Position numbers and translations under genes: made by a program. Below the pieces are notes generated by a model, which had not been told where the DNA came from, did no database searches, and saw only the letters and a program-made list of their open reading frames with translations. A stretch of DNA of 29,004 nt from Candidatus Thorarchaeota archaeon. Its GTDB lineage: Archaea; Asgardarchaeota; Thorarchaeia; Thorarchaeales; Thorarchaeaceae. Below, one piece after another: positions 9,250-17,896 of this stretch. The DNA is taken from the NCBI GenBank assembly GCA_016840855.1, contig JAEORO010000075.1:1-29004 (forward strand), in the 5' to 3' direction. Every line of letters begins with the position of its first letter. Positions within the stretch are counted from its first letter, which is position 1.

Positions 9250-11516
9250 TCTATTATTGTAACTCGTCGTCTTTCAACTAATATGATGATAACTGCAAGA
9301 ATACCAATAAGCCCTCCTGCGATACCAAAAAGGACAAGCTCATTTATCCAGGAGTCTATCGGGATTGTGCGTGATGGTATTGTATGATTAACTATTGGAA
9401 AATTATCTTGATCATCCTCGTCAATAATGTATGGACCGTCCCCAGAATAATCTGACCACCAATTCCCTGTATCAATCTGGTCGTCCCAATGGTTTGAAGT
9501 GCCACTACAAATTGCATTAGGATTGTTATAAGCAAAGACATTATCGTAAATCTCATTCCGATGAGAGGTGAGATCAAGACAAATCCCGACCCCTGTATTG
9601 TTATAGACTTCATTCCTAGTTATAATGCAATCTGATGAACTATTCAGAAGAATTCCTCTGGTATTCCAGTAGATATTGTTGCCTTTGATATTACAAATAT
9701 CTGAATCTCCTAGAAAAATAGCATCTTCATTTTCAGAAATATCTACGTTCAAGATTGTGCTATTTGGACTGTTGGTAAGTACAATCCCTTCATTATTCTC
9801 CCAAATTAAACCATTGAAAATCCGGATGTCAATAGACCATCCTGAAGCAATTCCCTTGAGATTATTTCTGAAATAGCATCCTGATAGCACAACTGTTTCA
9901 GAGTGCCAAATTATAGATGCAGCCCAATTGTTATCATATCCCAACAGACTCAGTATGAGGATGTCAGTAGAATACTGTACGTTAATTCCAATTGTGTTGT
10001 TATGAAAACTGACATCGCCAATCTCACAACCTTGGCAACCAATAAGAACTAAGGCTGACGCCATTCCGGGATCATGGAATTCATTCCAATATCGATCAGA
10101 AATAATTCCATAGTAATTACCACCAGTCAAAATGACATCATTACAAAGGATGAGGATAACTTGACCATAATCTTCTCCTTGAAGAACAGATCCATCTAGC
10201 TGTGTAAAGAAACCGATTGGCTTGTTATTAACAGTGTTATTCAAAAATCGAATTGTGCTAAATTCCCAGCTATCATATTCCTCAATAACAGGATAAACGC
10301 CACCGTGGTCAAATGAGTTGTTAACAATATCACAATTCGAAAAGGGTCCTTCAGGAACTCCCCAATTGGAATATGTGCCGAAGGCGAATCCATATCGACT
10401 ACTAGTGACAGAGTTGAAAGATACATTGAATCCGGTTGCTCCTTGTAAATAGAGACCTAGTCCCACTCGATTGATATTATTCAAAAAGATCTCAGAGTCA
10501 TGACCACCGTACATAGCGATTCCTGTTTCGTAAATTCCATTGAAGCCATCTATTATGTTATCGAAAACTTTGGTGCTGTTAGTCTGAACCATTTCAATTG
10601 CTACAAAATTACCACCAAGGACATTATTCTTGATTGTGCAATTGTTTGCAGAGAGCATGATTCCAATAGTGCAAGACGAAACATTGTTGTATTCAACAAT
10701 ATTTTTTTCGCCATCGACACCTATACCAAAAATATTGAAAGTAGAAACCATATTCTTTCTAATAGTAAGGCATTCTCCTCCTAAAATCCAGATGCCTTGA
10801 TACGCAGAGAAATAGGTACCAAGATGACCTGTAAAAGAATTTTCTATTACTTGGATATCAAAACTATTCCATATCATTATGCCCGAGTTTGTTATGTTTT
10901 TAAATCCATTGAGAGAAATCGTACAATTCCTGCAACCGGTTAGAGAAAATCCAATATCACAGGGTTCGTACCCCTGGTTATTTTTCGATATTATTGTAGA
11001 GTTGCTGTGAGATATGCTGATGGCATGGTATGAAGCTCTTAAGGTATTATCAGTGATATTGCAATCAGTAAGACGAAATCCTACAATTGCTCCAAGACCA
11101 TCAACAATCTGGTTTCCAACGATAACTCCATTACTCACGTTTGAGAGGGTAATCGGACAAATAGGATGGGTCTGTGTATAATCATAAACAGGTGATGTAA
11201 AATAACAATTTTTGATAGCGAAATGGCTAGTTGTGTTCATTATCCAAATGCATGTTGAATTTGAGGTTGTTATGTTTAGATTTTCAATGAGGTAGGGATT
11301 TGTTTCTGATCCATTACCAGGCCATGCCTGTATTTCAAAATCTGTGTCAGATGTGATATTGAACGGTTCATGAATAGTATACGAAAAGCAATTCTGTTTC
11401 ACTAAAAGGGGAGCTTTTTGAATTTCGTTGATTTGTAAATCAGGTATTTGAGATATGAAGGAGAAGCTAATTATAACTAGAATAAAAGACACCACAGCAC
11501 GATGCAATATTCCCAA
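9246..11516 (-). CDS. Membrane-anchored right-handed parallel beta-helix (NosD/PbH1) repeat protein
   Basis: 756 aa. N-terminal hydrophobic signal, WPGNGSETNPYLIENLNI, many N.I..N...GI.L repeats, GNWWSDY, C-terminal TM. SD AAGGAGGAG before the TTG. Confidence 0.9.
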   Translation of the reverse strand: MGILHRAVVSFILVIISFSFISQIPDLQINEIQKAPLLVKQNCFSYTIHEPFNITSDTDFEIQAWPGNGSETNPYLIENLNITTSNSTCIWIMNTTSHFAIKNCYFTSPVYDYTQTHPICPITLSNVSNGVIVGNQIVDGLGAIVGFRLTDCNITDNTLRASYHAISISHSNSTIISKNNQGYEPCDIGFSLTGCRNCTISLNGFKNITNSGIMIWNSFDIQVIENSFTGHLGTYFSAYQGIWILGGECLTIRKNMVSTFNIFGIGVDGEKNIVEYNNVSSCTIGIMLSANNCTIKNNVLGGNFVAIEMVQTNSTKVFDNIIDGFNGIYETGIAMYGGHDSEIFLNNINRVGLGLYLQGATGFNVSFNSVTSSRYGFAFGTYSNWGVPEGPFSNCDIVNNSFDHGGVYPVIEEYDSWEFSTIRFLNNTVNNKPIGFFTQLDGSVLQGEDYGQVILILCNDVILTGGNYYGIISDRYWNEFHDPGMASALVLIGCQGCEIGDVSFHNNTIGINVQYSTDILILSLLGYDNNWAASIIWHSETVVLSGCYFRNNLKGIASGWSIDIRIFNGLIWENNEGIVLTNSPNSTILNVDISENEDAIFLGDSDICNIKGNNIYWNTRGILLNSSSDCIITRNEVYNNTGVGICLDLTSHRNEIYDNVFAYNNPNAICSGTSNHWDDQIDTGNWWSDYSGDGPYIIDEDDQDNFPIVNHTIPSRTIPIDSWINELVLFGIAGGLIGILAVIIILVERRRVTIID

Positions 11517-11575
11517 AACTACTCCTCCTTAGGGACAGTATTTACTCTGCGTGAAAGAATTTGAAGTTTGACACA

Positions 11576-13423
11576 TCAAAGAGATCTGTCGAAAAACTCA
11601 GCAAGACGCTTTAGCAACGCTTTTTCATTTTTTTCTCGGATGATTCCATGTCCCTCATCATCAAAGACTAACTTCTCATATTGGATTTTATTTGAATCCA
11701 GTCTTTTTTCAACCTCTGCTACATTTGCTTTCGTTACATTTGGGTCTCTGAGGCCTTGCACAATCAAGAGTTTGCCACGAATATTTTGCACATAGTTGAT
11801 TGGAGACCTCTCCTGATACTTTTCTGGCACATCACTGGGAGAACCTCCTAGCATCTCTTCAGAGTAAGGTCTCAAATCAGGTCGTGTTGTTTCATAGTCA
11901 ACAGTCAAATCAGTCATTCCACAAATTGGTGCAGCTGCTGCGATTATATCAGGTGGAAACTGGGTGATTGCAAGCCAACTCATGTAACCACCATAACTAG
12001 TTCCGTAGACTCCAATTTTGCCTGGAAAGGCGAATCCATGCTCTATCATGTGCTCAATTCCTGTTCTGATATCTTCTTTGTCGAAACCGCCCCATCCATC
12101 CTTCTTAATGAGTTCTCGAAAATAGACACCATATCCTGTGGATCCTCGGTAGTTGGGATCCAGAACATTGTAACCTAGTGAACAAAAGTATTGAATTTCA
12201 GGATTAAACGCATCCTCCGAATGTGCTGTGGGACCACCATGAACTGTCACAATTGTTTTTCCATTGTAGTCTCGAGCTTGATACAACCAACCATGAATCG
12301 GTGTTTTGTCATCAGAAACCCATTTCAACTCCTCAGCCGGAGTTAATTCTTCTGGTCTAATTGAAGTATAGCCCAGCATGTTTGTAATAAGTATGAATTT
12401 TGATGGATCTAATTCATTCACATTGAATCGCACAATATCAGATGGGCGAGTTGAACTATAGAATAAACCTAGCCAATCTCCATTTCCGATATTGGTAATT
12501 GGCCATAGGTTCCCACGTGGTGGGGTAATGTTTTGGACTATTTCAGTATCAAGATCAAGTAGAGTCGGTTTCGTTCGAGCATTGTTCTCCTCTGCCAAAA
12601 CGACATGATTAGTGTATCTTGGTGCATCCGCTGAGCTGTATTTTCCGCCCTCTGTAGGTTTGGACAACCACTTAATTTTGGCAGATGATATATCATAGAG
12701 ACCTATACCAACATAGTCATGGCGAACTCCCTCGAGTGTGTCTGTGTCGAAAAGAACTCTTCCATCAAATGTCCAGTCTGCGTTCACCTTGGCTGTTGGA
12801 CCAAAATTGAGAATCTCTCGGTCTTCATTACCATCTACAGATGCTATCCACCACTGGTCGCCAGAGGGATCTTCATCTGCGCGATTATAAAGCACGTACC
12901 TACCATTTGGGTCAATAGAGGGCATGACATAGGTGGGCTTGTCTGGTCGAGCAATGATTTTCTTAGAGTTGGATTCAAGATCTTGAATAACAATCCTAAA
13001 GGTCTCGGTTTCTTTCTTGGTATCATAATCATAATTTATTGAATAAGCAATGAAGTCGCCCCTTGGACCGAATTGGCCTCCACGCATGAAGAAATTTGGA
13101 TCCACTTCAGTCACTGGATCAAGATGACCTGGCTCATCGAGAAAAACTCTATAGAGGGTGACTCTTTCATTTCTTGCTTTATCTTCGCCAATCAAAAGAG
13201 ACTTTGAATCAGGTGCCCAATCTTTCACCACTGTGACTTCAGGAGTCTTTGTGAGCGGAATTAGATCTCCAGAACCATCGATAGACTTCAAAAATACATC
13301 ATAGTTCTCTTGAATCTTATTAATTGAAAGTGCAAGATATTTCTTATCAGGAGAAACCTCAACCGCTGAAATCTCTGGGAGACTCATTAATGAATCAAAA
13401 TCGAGAACTCTATCTGAAGGCAT
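11576..13423 (-). CDS. S9 family (prolyl oligopeptidase/acylaminoacyl) peptidase
   Basis: N-terminal beta-propeller-like repeats. VHGGP, PNYRGSTGYG, nucleophile GTSYGG, QGLRDPNV (Asp) and DEGHG (His). Confidence 0.95.
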   Translation of the reverse strand: MPSDRVLDFDSLMSLPEISAVEVSPDKKYLALSINKIQENYDVFLKSIDGSGDLIPLTKTPEVTVVKDWAPDSKSLLIGEDKARNERVTLYRVFLDEPGHLDPVTEVDPNFFMRGGQFGPRGDFIAYSINYDYDTKKETETFRIVIQDLESNSKKIIARPDKPTYVMPSIDPNGRYVLYNRADEDPSGDQWWIASVDGNEDREILNFGPTAKVNADWTFDGRVLFDTDTLEGVRHDYVGIGLYDISSAKIKWLSKPTEGGKYSSADAPRYTNHVVLAEENNARTKPTLLDLDTEIVQNITPPRGNLWPITNIGNGDWLGLFYSSTRPSDIVRFNVNELDPSKFILITNMLGYTSIRPEELTPAEELKWVSDDKTPIHGWLYQARDYNGKTIVTVHGGPTAHSEDAFNPEIQYFCSLGYNVLDPNYRGSTGYGVYFRELIKKDGWGGFDKEDIRTGIEHMIEHGFAFPGKIGVYGTSYGGYMSWLAITQFPPDIIAAAAPICGMTDLTVDYETTRPDLRPYSEEMLGGSPSDVPEKYQERSPINYVQNIRGKLLIVQGLRDPNVTKANVAEVEKRLDSNKIQYEKLVFDDEGHGIIREKNEKALLKRLAEFFDRSL

Positions 13424-13467
13424 GAATGAACAATGTTGAACGAGGTTTTACATCTTTTTACTTGTCC

Positions 13468-14166
13468 CTAGACATAAAATCGAAATCCGAATAGTTGAAT
13501 GAAGAGAAGGAATCCAATGATAACAAGAATTGCTCCAACTAAGACCTCAATCTTTCGTGCCTGATTGCTTATGGTCGAAGCCATCCTCATTCTTGCTTCT
13601 CCAGTTGCTATTGATATTAAGAAGTAGGGTATTGAAATTGCTATGGATAGGGTAATGAACAGAATGCCAATAGTAATCAGATTTGATTCTACTCCGAACA
13701 AAGCAACTGCTCCTAGAATAGCAGGACTTGAACACGGAGCAGCCAGAAGAGAGTAGCTCAAGCCAACAATGTATACACTCAACAGATTTGTCGGAGCTGT
13801 TGGCTGTGTTCTCAAACTAAGAGAAGGAAGTTGAAGTTTCATTTGTAGTTTCGATGATATCATTACTATTCCTAAAAACAGAATAACCAGTCCAAGTGTG
13901 GACTGAAATTCAATGTAATATTCTATGAAAAAACTACCAACAAACCCGGCTATAACCACAAACAATGCTAGTGAACTTAGAATTCCAAGAACAAGAACAG
14001 AGGTCACCAATACACTTCTGCGTCTACTGTCTGCAGATTGAAGGCTATTAATTAGAAAAAGTGGAAGAAGAGGAAACAAGCATGGTGAAATAGCAATAAA
14101 TAGACCGGAGCCAAACATTCCCGCAAGCTTCGCTAGGAGCAAACCAAGTTCAATAGTGCCCTGCAC
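13468..14166 (-). CDS. ccdA: CcdA/DsbD-type transmembrane thiol-disulfide electron transporter
   Basis: 232 aa, ~6 TM, with paired SPCLFPLLP and APCSSP cysteine motifs. Confidence 0.9.
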   Translation of the reverse strand: MQGTIELGLLLAKLAGMFGSGLFIAISPCLFPLLPLFLINSLQSADSRRRSVLVTSVLVLGILSSLALFVVIAGFVGSFFIEYYIEFQSTLGLVILFLGIVMISSKLQMKLQLPSLSLRTQPTAPTNLLSVYIVGLSYSLLAAPCSSPAILGAVALFGVESNLITIGILFITLSIAISIPYFLISIATGEARMRMASTISNQARKIEVLVGAILVIIGFLLFIQLFGFRFYV

Positions 14167-14181
14167 TCCACAACACTCCCG

Positions 14182-14730
14182 CTACTGAATTAGTCCAACA
14201 GTACTGGATATGCTCTCAACAGACCAAAGCCCAACATGGAAATATCTGAAGTATCCATTAGCGTCGATCAGAACCATTGAAGGAATTGATGATATGCTAA
14301 AATAATACAGGAATTTTCCATCATCAACTCCATGGGCCCATGCAAGATCTTCTTCAAGCTTGTAATTTGCTATCATCGATGCTGTTTCGGATGAATCCAC
14401 CGTCAATGATATGATGATTAGCGAATCTCCAAGACTATCATAGACAGTTTCGAGATATCCATTTTGTATTGCACAAGATGAACACCATATCGCCATCAAA
14501 TCAACAAGCACAACATGCCCTTCGAGGTCACTGAGAGAGAGAGTTGTGTCATCAGACATTTCGAACTCCCAAGTATCTGGTACTTTCACGCCTAGTTCCA
14601 ACAAGTCTGTATCTCTCGTAGTTATAGATAATTCATACTCAGGAAAAATAAGGAAGGCAGTTCCTGCTACGATACCAGCAACCACAATAATTAGTGTTAC
14701 ACCTACAACTGCAAGTTTCTTTGGTTTCAT
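14182..14730 (-). CDS. Membrane-anchored TlpA/ResA-like thioredoxin-fold redoxin
   Basis: N-terminal TM, LSDLEGHVVLVDLMAIWCSSC (CxxC), IP..VLIDANG. Adjacent to ccdA. Confidence 0.88.
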   Translation of the reverse strand: MKPKKLAVVGVTLIIVVAGIVAGTAFLIFPEYELSITTRDTDLLELGVKVPDTWEFEMSDDTTLSLSDLEGHVVLVDLMAIWCSSCAIQNGYLETVYDSLGDSLIIISLTVDSSETASMIANYKLEEDLAWAHGVDDGKFLYYFSISSIPSMVLIDANGYFRYFHVGLWSVESISSTVGLIQ

Positions 14731-14855
14731 CGTAGAACAACACTTGGCATGTTTGTTTTTTTAAGATGTTCATACAATTTAAAACGTTTGTGCAATGAAC
14801 ACGCACAACCGAAGATGGATTGAACTTGTTCGTTTTGACAATCAAGACTTTAAAC

Positions 14856-15197
14856 TCATGAATTTTCCTTTCTAAAGAAACTCTTTGCTTTAGAACGTAG
14901 AATATAACTCCACGGAATGGTCATATTCTGATCTGAAATAGAAAGAGAGTATCGACTAACTCGAATCAGTTTCCTTCTAGAGCTAATTGTCCTTGGTCGG
15001 GACAGGTTAGAAATTATCTGAAGGTTGTTGGTAGGAGCATCAGCTCTCCAACATGGAAGGTTCAAATGACTTTTACCCCAACCAGTACTTTTGAAGTCCG
15101 CTAATATAGACCGACCTTTATTGGAACACAAACACCACCAATTCCCAACAAATTGAAAAGAGTCAGTACAATAGTAGCAATTCTGGCAACCTTTCGT
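14856..15197 (-). CDS. Small Cys-rich protein (113 aa) with apparent ACG start, or a start-lost pseudogene
   Basis: The frame of the 91-aa track ORF stays open upstream to a TAG at 15236-15234. SD GGAGG (15209-15205) lies 7 nt before ACG AAA GGT TGC at 15197, giving (M)KGCQNCYYCTDSFQFVGNWWCLCSN...LPCW. TATA-like TATTTA at about 15240-15235. Confidence 0.6.
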   Translation of the reverse strand, partial: TKGCQNCYYCTDSFQFVGNWWCLCSNKGRSILADFKSTGWGKSHLNLPCWRADAPTNNLQIISNLSRPRTISSRRKLIRVSRYSLSISDQNMTIPWSYILRSKAKSFFRKENS

Positions 15198-15277
15198 ATG
15201 GCTCCCTCCAGATTGTGCGTTCCAGTAATGAAGCTAAATATCTCTTGTGTGTGAGGATGAATGAGCAAGAAACCCAG

Positions 15278-15295
15278 AAAAAAAAGCGACGTCGC
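15278..15295 (-). terminator. Probable terminator of the PadR/small-protein operon
   Basis: Palindrome GCGACGTCGC (15286-15295) followed on the minus strand by T8, about 20 bp after the stop at 15314. Confidence 0.6.
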
Positions 15296-15313
15296 CACTA
15301 TGTTTCTTGAAGA

Positions 15314-15517
15314 TTATGCTTCCTGGGCATCTCCTTTCTCAAGTTCTTGGATTTTCTCATCAATATGCTTGATTTGGTCCTCAAGTCTTGACTTGAAAGC
15401 CTCTAGCCTTTTGATTCTGGTCCCTTTGCTTTCTTCATAAGGTGCGCATCCAAATGAATACATAAACGGGCCCATAAAGTGACTGTAGTATCTATGATCT
15501 CCATGTTCTCGGCACAT
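15314..15517 (-). CDS. Small DUF5320-like protein (Cys/His-containing N-terminus, C-terminal coiled coil)
   Basis: 67 aa starting 3 bp after the PadR stop. Helix RIKRLEAFKSRLEDQIKHIDEKIQELE. SD-like GGAGGTGA lies within the PadR 3' end. Confidence 0.8.
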   Translation of the reverse strand: MCREHGDHRYYSHFMGPFMYSFGCAPYEESKGTRIKRLEAFKSRLEDQIKHIDEKIQELEKGDAQEA

Positions 15518-15520
15518 CTC

Positions 15521-16099
15521 TCACTCTTCACCTCCGTTCCCTTTTTCTGAGCTCTTCATTTCTTCGAGTTGAGTATTTACCCAGTCTAATTCTTGCTTCA
15601 GGTATGAACGATACTGTTTTAGGAATTCGAGATGCTTGTGAGAGCAACGGCCAGATTCACATCTGGCTTTCATGGCTGCAAATCCAATTGGGCTACGTTC
15701 ACGGACGGTCCAGTCCAATAGAGGCGCAGCCGCCTTCTCTCCAGCTTGACTTGCCAAAAAACGCCAAATCCTACCTTGGGCACCCCACTCTGAATCAAGA
15801 TTCTGGAGTGCTAGAGATAGAATTTTTCGTCCCTTTGTAGTAAGTTCATATTCAACAGTATCTGGTCCATCTTCCTGTAAGACATGAGTTCCTTGGATTA
15901 ATCCTTTTTCGACAAGTCTATGAAGTGCAGGATAAACTGTCCCACTTTTGACTCTTATCGGACCTAGACGATCACCCAGTTTCTGAATAATGACATATCC
16001 ATGAGCTGGATTATCTTTTAGGATTGCTAGAATGAGCACCTGGACAGGGCTGAGTCTTGTCCCGTGGGGTTTATGTCTTCCCATGCCACTAAACGCCAT
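15521..16099 (-). CDS. PadR-family transcriptional regulator with extended C-terminal Cys/His motif and coiled coil
   Basis: ILAIL...PAHGYVI, SGTVYPALHRLVEKGLI and YELTTKGR form the PadR wHTH signature. C-terminal CESGRCSHKH plus a heptad helix. Confidence 0.92.
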   Translation of the reverse strand: MAFSGMGRHKPHGTRLSPVQVLILAILKDNPAHGYVIIQKLGDRLGPIRVKSGTVYPALHRLVEKGLIQGTHVLQEDGPDTVEYELTTKGRKILSLALQNLDSEWGAQGRIWRFLASQAGEKAAAPLLDWTVRERSPIGFAAMKARCESGRCSHKHLEFLKQYRSYLKQELDWVNTQLEEMKSSEKGNGGEE

Positions 16100-16157
16100 A
16101 TGTAGACACCTACTTATGTAGAGCTCTATATATATTATGTAGAGGTCTACATATAAA
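16100..16157. promoter_or_regulatory. Three tandem 16-bp palindromic operators plus TATA box of the PadR gene
   Basis: ATGTAGACACCTACTT (16100-16115), ATGTAGAGCTCTATAT (16116-16131) and ATGTAGAGGTCTACAT (16137-16152). Minus-strand TTTATA at 16157-16152. Confidence 0.85.
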
Positions 16158-16255
16158 TCTTGAGAATCTAACTAAGTTTACTAAGACATCATTTGTACGC
16201 TAAGAAGAGCTGTTTCTAGTGTTAGAGAAATGGCGGAGATATAGAGCATTGAGAG

Positions 16256-16924
16256 CTAACGATGATTAATTTCTGCATGTAGAAAAGACTCGCTCTGCAA
16301 ACCTTCAAAATCAAGTTCAGTCTGAATTGATGGGCTCCATGGGGAGGAGAGATATGTGATAGCATGAGGCCTGGATTTCTTGTCGACATTGACATATCCT
16401 TTCTTGATCAATTCTTTCACAAGCTTTCGAACAACAGATTTCTTTTCTCCCGTATCTTCAACGAGCTGGTCATATTCAGTTTTGCGATGCCTTTGAATTA
16501 CCTTAAGGAGTTTGAATTCGGGAATAGTATCTATTGTAACTCGCAAGAGCTCGTTTTCACGTCGCAATGCATTTTCGTCGCCAGAAAGGAAACGACTTAT
16601 TTCGTTTCGGAGGTCATTTATCTCTTCGACGAAAGAAAGCCGTTCAGATTCATATCGAGCAATAACACCATTGGATGCGTGTACTAGCTCAGAGCTCAAG
16701 TCATTGCCTAAGCCATCAATAGCTTCTCGTGAAGCCATACGAAACTCTCTGATGATTCCAATAATGTCCTCGGTTTCTAATAGCTTGTCATCCACCAAAG
16801 ATTCTATCTGCGAGAAATAAGCGTCAAGCCGTTTGGCCCAAATATCACGAATCTCTTGAAGAACTCCCGCAATCCGAAGAGTAATCCGTGCTGTATTATC
16901 ATCAGCAGTTGTCATATGTGTCAC
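16256..16924 (-). CDS. Helical/coiled-coil protein with C-terminal winged-helix domain
   Basis: 222 aa (ATG at 16915 is an alternative start). EEINDLRNEI...LRRENELLR coil, then wHTH-like LLKVI...YDQLVEDTG...VRKLVKELIKKGYV. Confidence 0.8.
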   Translation of the reverse strand: MTHMTTADDNTARITLRIAGVLQEIRDIWAKRLDAYFSQIESLVDDKLLETEDIIGIIREFRMASREAIDGLGNDLSSELVHASNGVIARYESERLSFVEEINDLRNEISRFLSGDENALRRENELLRVTIDTIPEFKLLKVIQRHRKTEYDQLVEDTGEKKSVVRKLVKELIKKGYVNVDKKSRPHAITYLSSPWSPSIQTELDFEGLQSESFLHAEINHR

Positions 16925-16985
16925 AAATAATCAATTGCAATATCTAAGATTAGAGCTAGTGTCACCGTGGTATGACCAAGACTTC

Positions 16986-17822
16986 TCAGATGTCTACCCA
17001 GAATATTCTATCTTTAATCTCTTCTATGGTATTTGGCCAAAGGTTGTATGATAGTTCTACCTTGGCCATCAGAGGTACAGTTTCGTCAATCAAGAATGAC
17101 TCAAGACCATGGCAGTAGTATAATGGTGTAATATCAACCGTCTTCATTTGATTCTCGGTTAGATCTAGCCATAGGAGGTTGTGACATTCCATTAACGGAC
17201 TCAAATCTATTTTGAGTATGCCTGCAGCCCTTAGCCAAAGACCCTCTAATTCTTGGCAACCTTTTAGTGGAGAAATATCCAATTCATCAAGTTTATTGCC
17301 TTCCAAAAAGAGCTCCTGTAGATTCAAGCAATTAGACAGTGGTTCAAGATCAATATCGTACAGCTCATTATTATCAAATCGTAGAAAACGTAGCGCTGTA
17401 CATTTTCTCATGGGTGATAAATCAATTTGATGAAAATCATTTGATTGAAGATTGAGTTCTTGGAGTTTTAGACATGTCATTAAAGGGGACAAATCAATCC
17501 GCTGGAGTTTGTTTATTTCAAGAGAAAGCGTGTCAAGATTTGAACAGAACTCAAGACCAGTCAGGTCGATAGAGGAAATAAGATTAGAACCAAGTAGAAG
17601 TTTCTCTAGACTTGGACAATCTTTGAGCGGCTGTAAATCTATTGATCTAATAAGATTGGCTGAAAGGTTGATATCTCTAAGAGTCTTGCATTGTTTTAAT
17701 TGTGAAAGGTCTATCTCAACTATTTTTCGCCCTGACAAGTCGATTTCTGTGACATCATCGTGAGTTTGAAAGTAAAGTTCCACGCCATTTTCAATTTTGA
17801 AGGTTATATGTATTTCAGCCAT
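16986..17822 (-). CDS. Leucine-rich repeat protein
   Basis: About 10 regular 22-aa repeats of the form IDLSPL..C..L..L.L..N.L. Confidence 0.95.
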   Translation of the reverse strand: MAEIHITFKIENGVELYFQTHDDVTEIDLSGRKIVEIDLSQLKQCKTLRDINLSANLIRSIDLQPLKDCPSLEKLLLGSNLISSIDLTGLEFCSNLDTLSLEINKLQRIDLSPLMTCLKLQELNLQSNDFHQIDLSPMRKCTALRFLRFDNNELYDIDLEPLSNCLNLQELFLEGNKLDELDISPLKGCQELEGLWLRAAGILKIDLSPLMECHNLLWLDLTENQMKTVDITPLYYCHGLESFLIDETVPLMAKVELSYNLWPNTIEEIKDRIFWVDI

Positions 17823-17896
17823 ACGATAGTCTTCCGGCCTATCTTTCGTATTTGTTTTTCTATCATTCTGCTAATAAATCGTTAAGTATTATGCAT

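Noticed and set aside
15234-15236. In-frame TAG upstream of the Cys-rich ORF as a pyrrolysine readthrough
   Set aside because: I saw no suitable start upstream, and the TAG lies in the TATA-like element. The SD plus ACG explanation is simpler.
15101-15298. 65-aa hydrophobic minus-strand ORF
   Set aside because: It begins inside the terminator and overlaps the better-supported Cys-rich frame.
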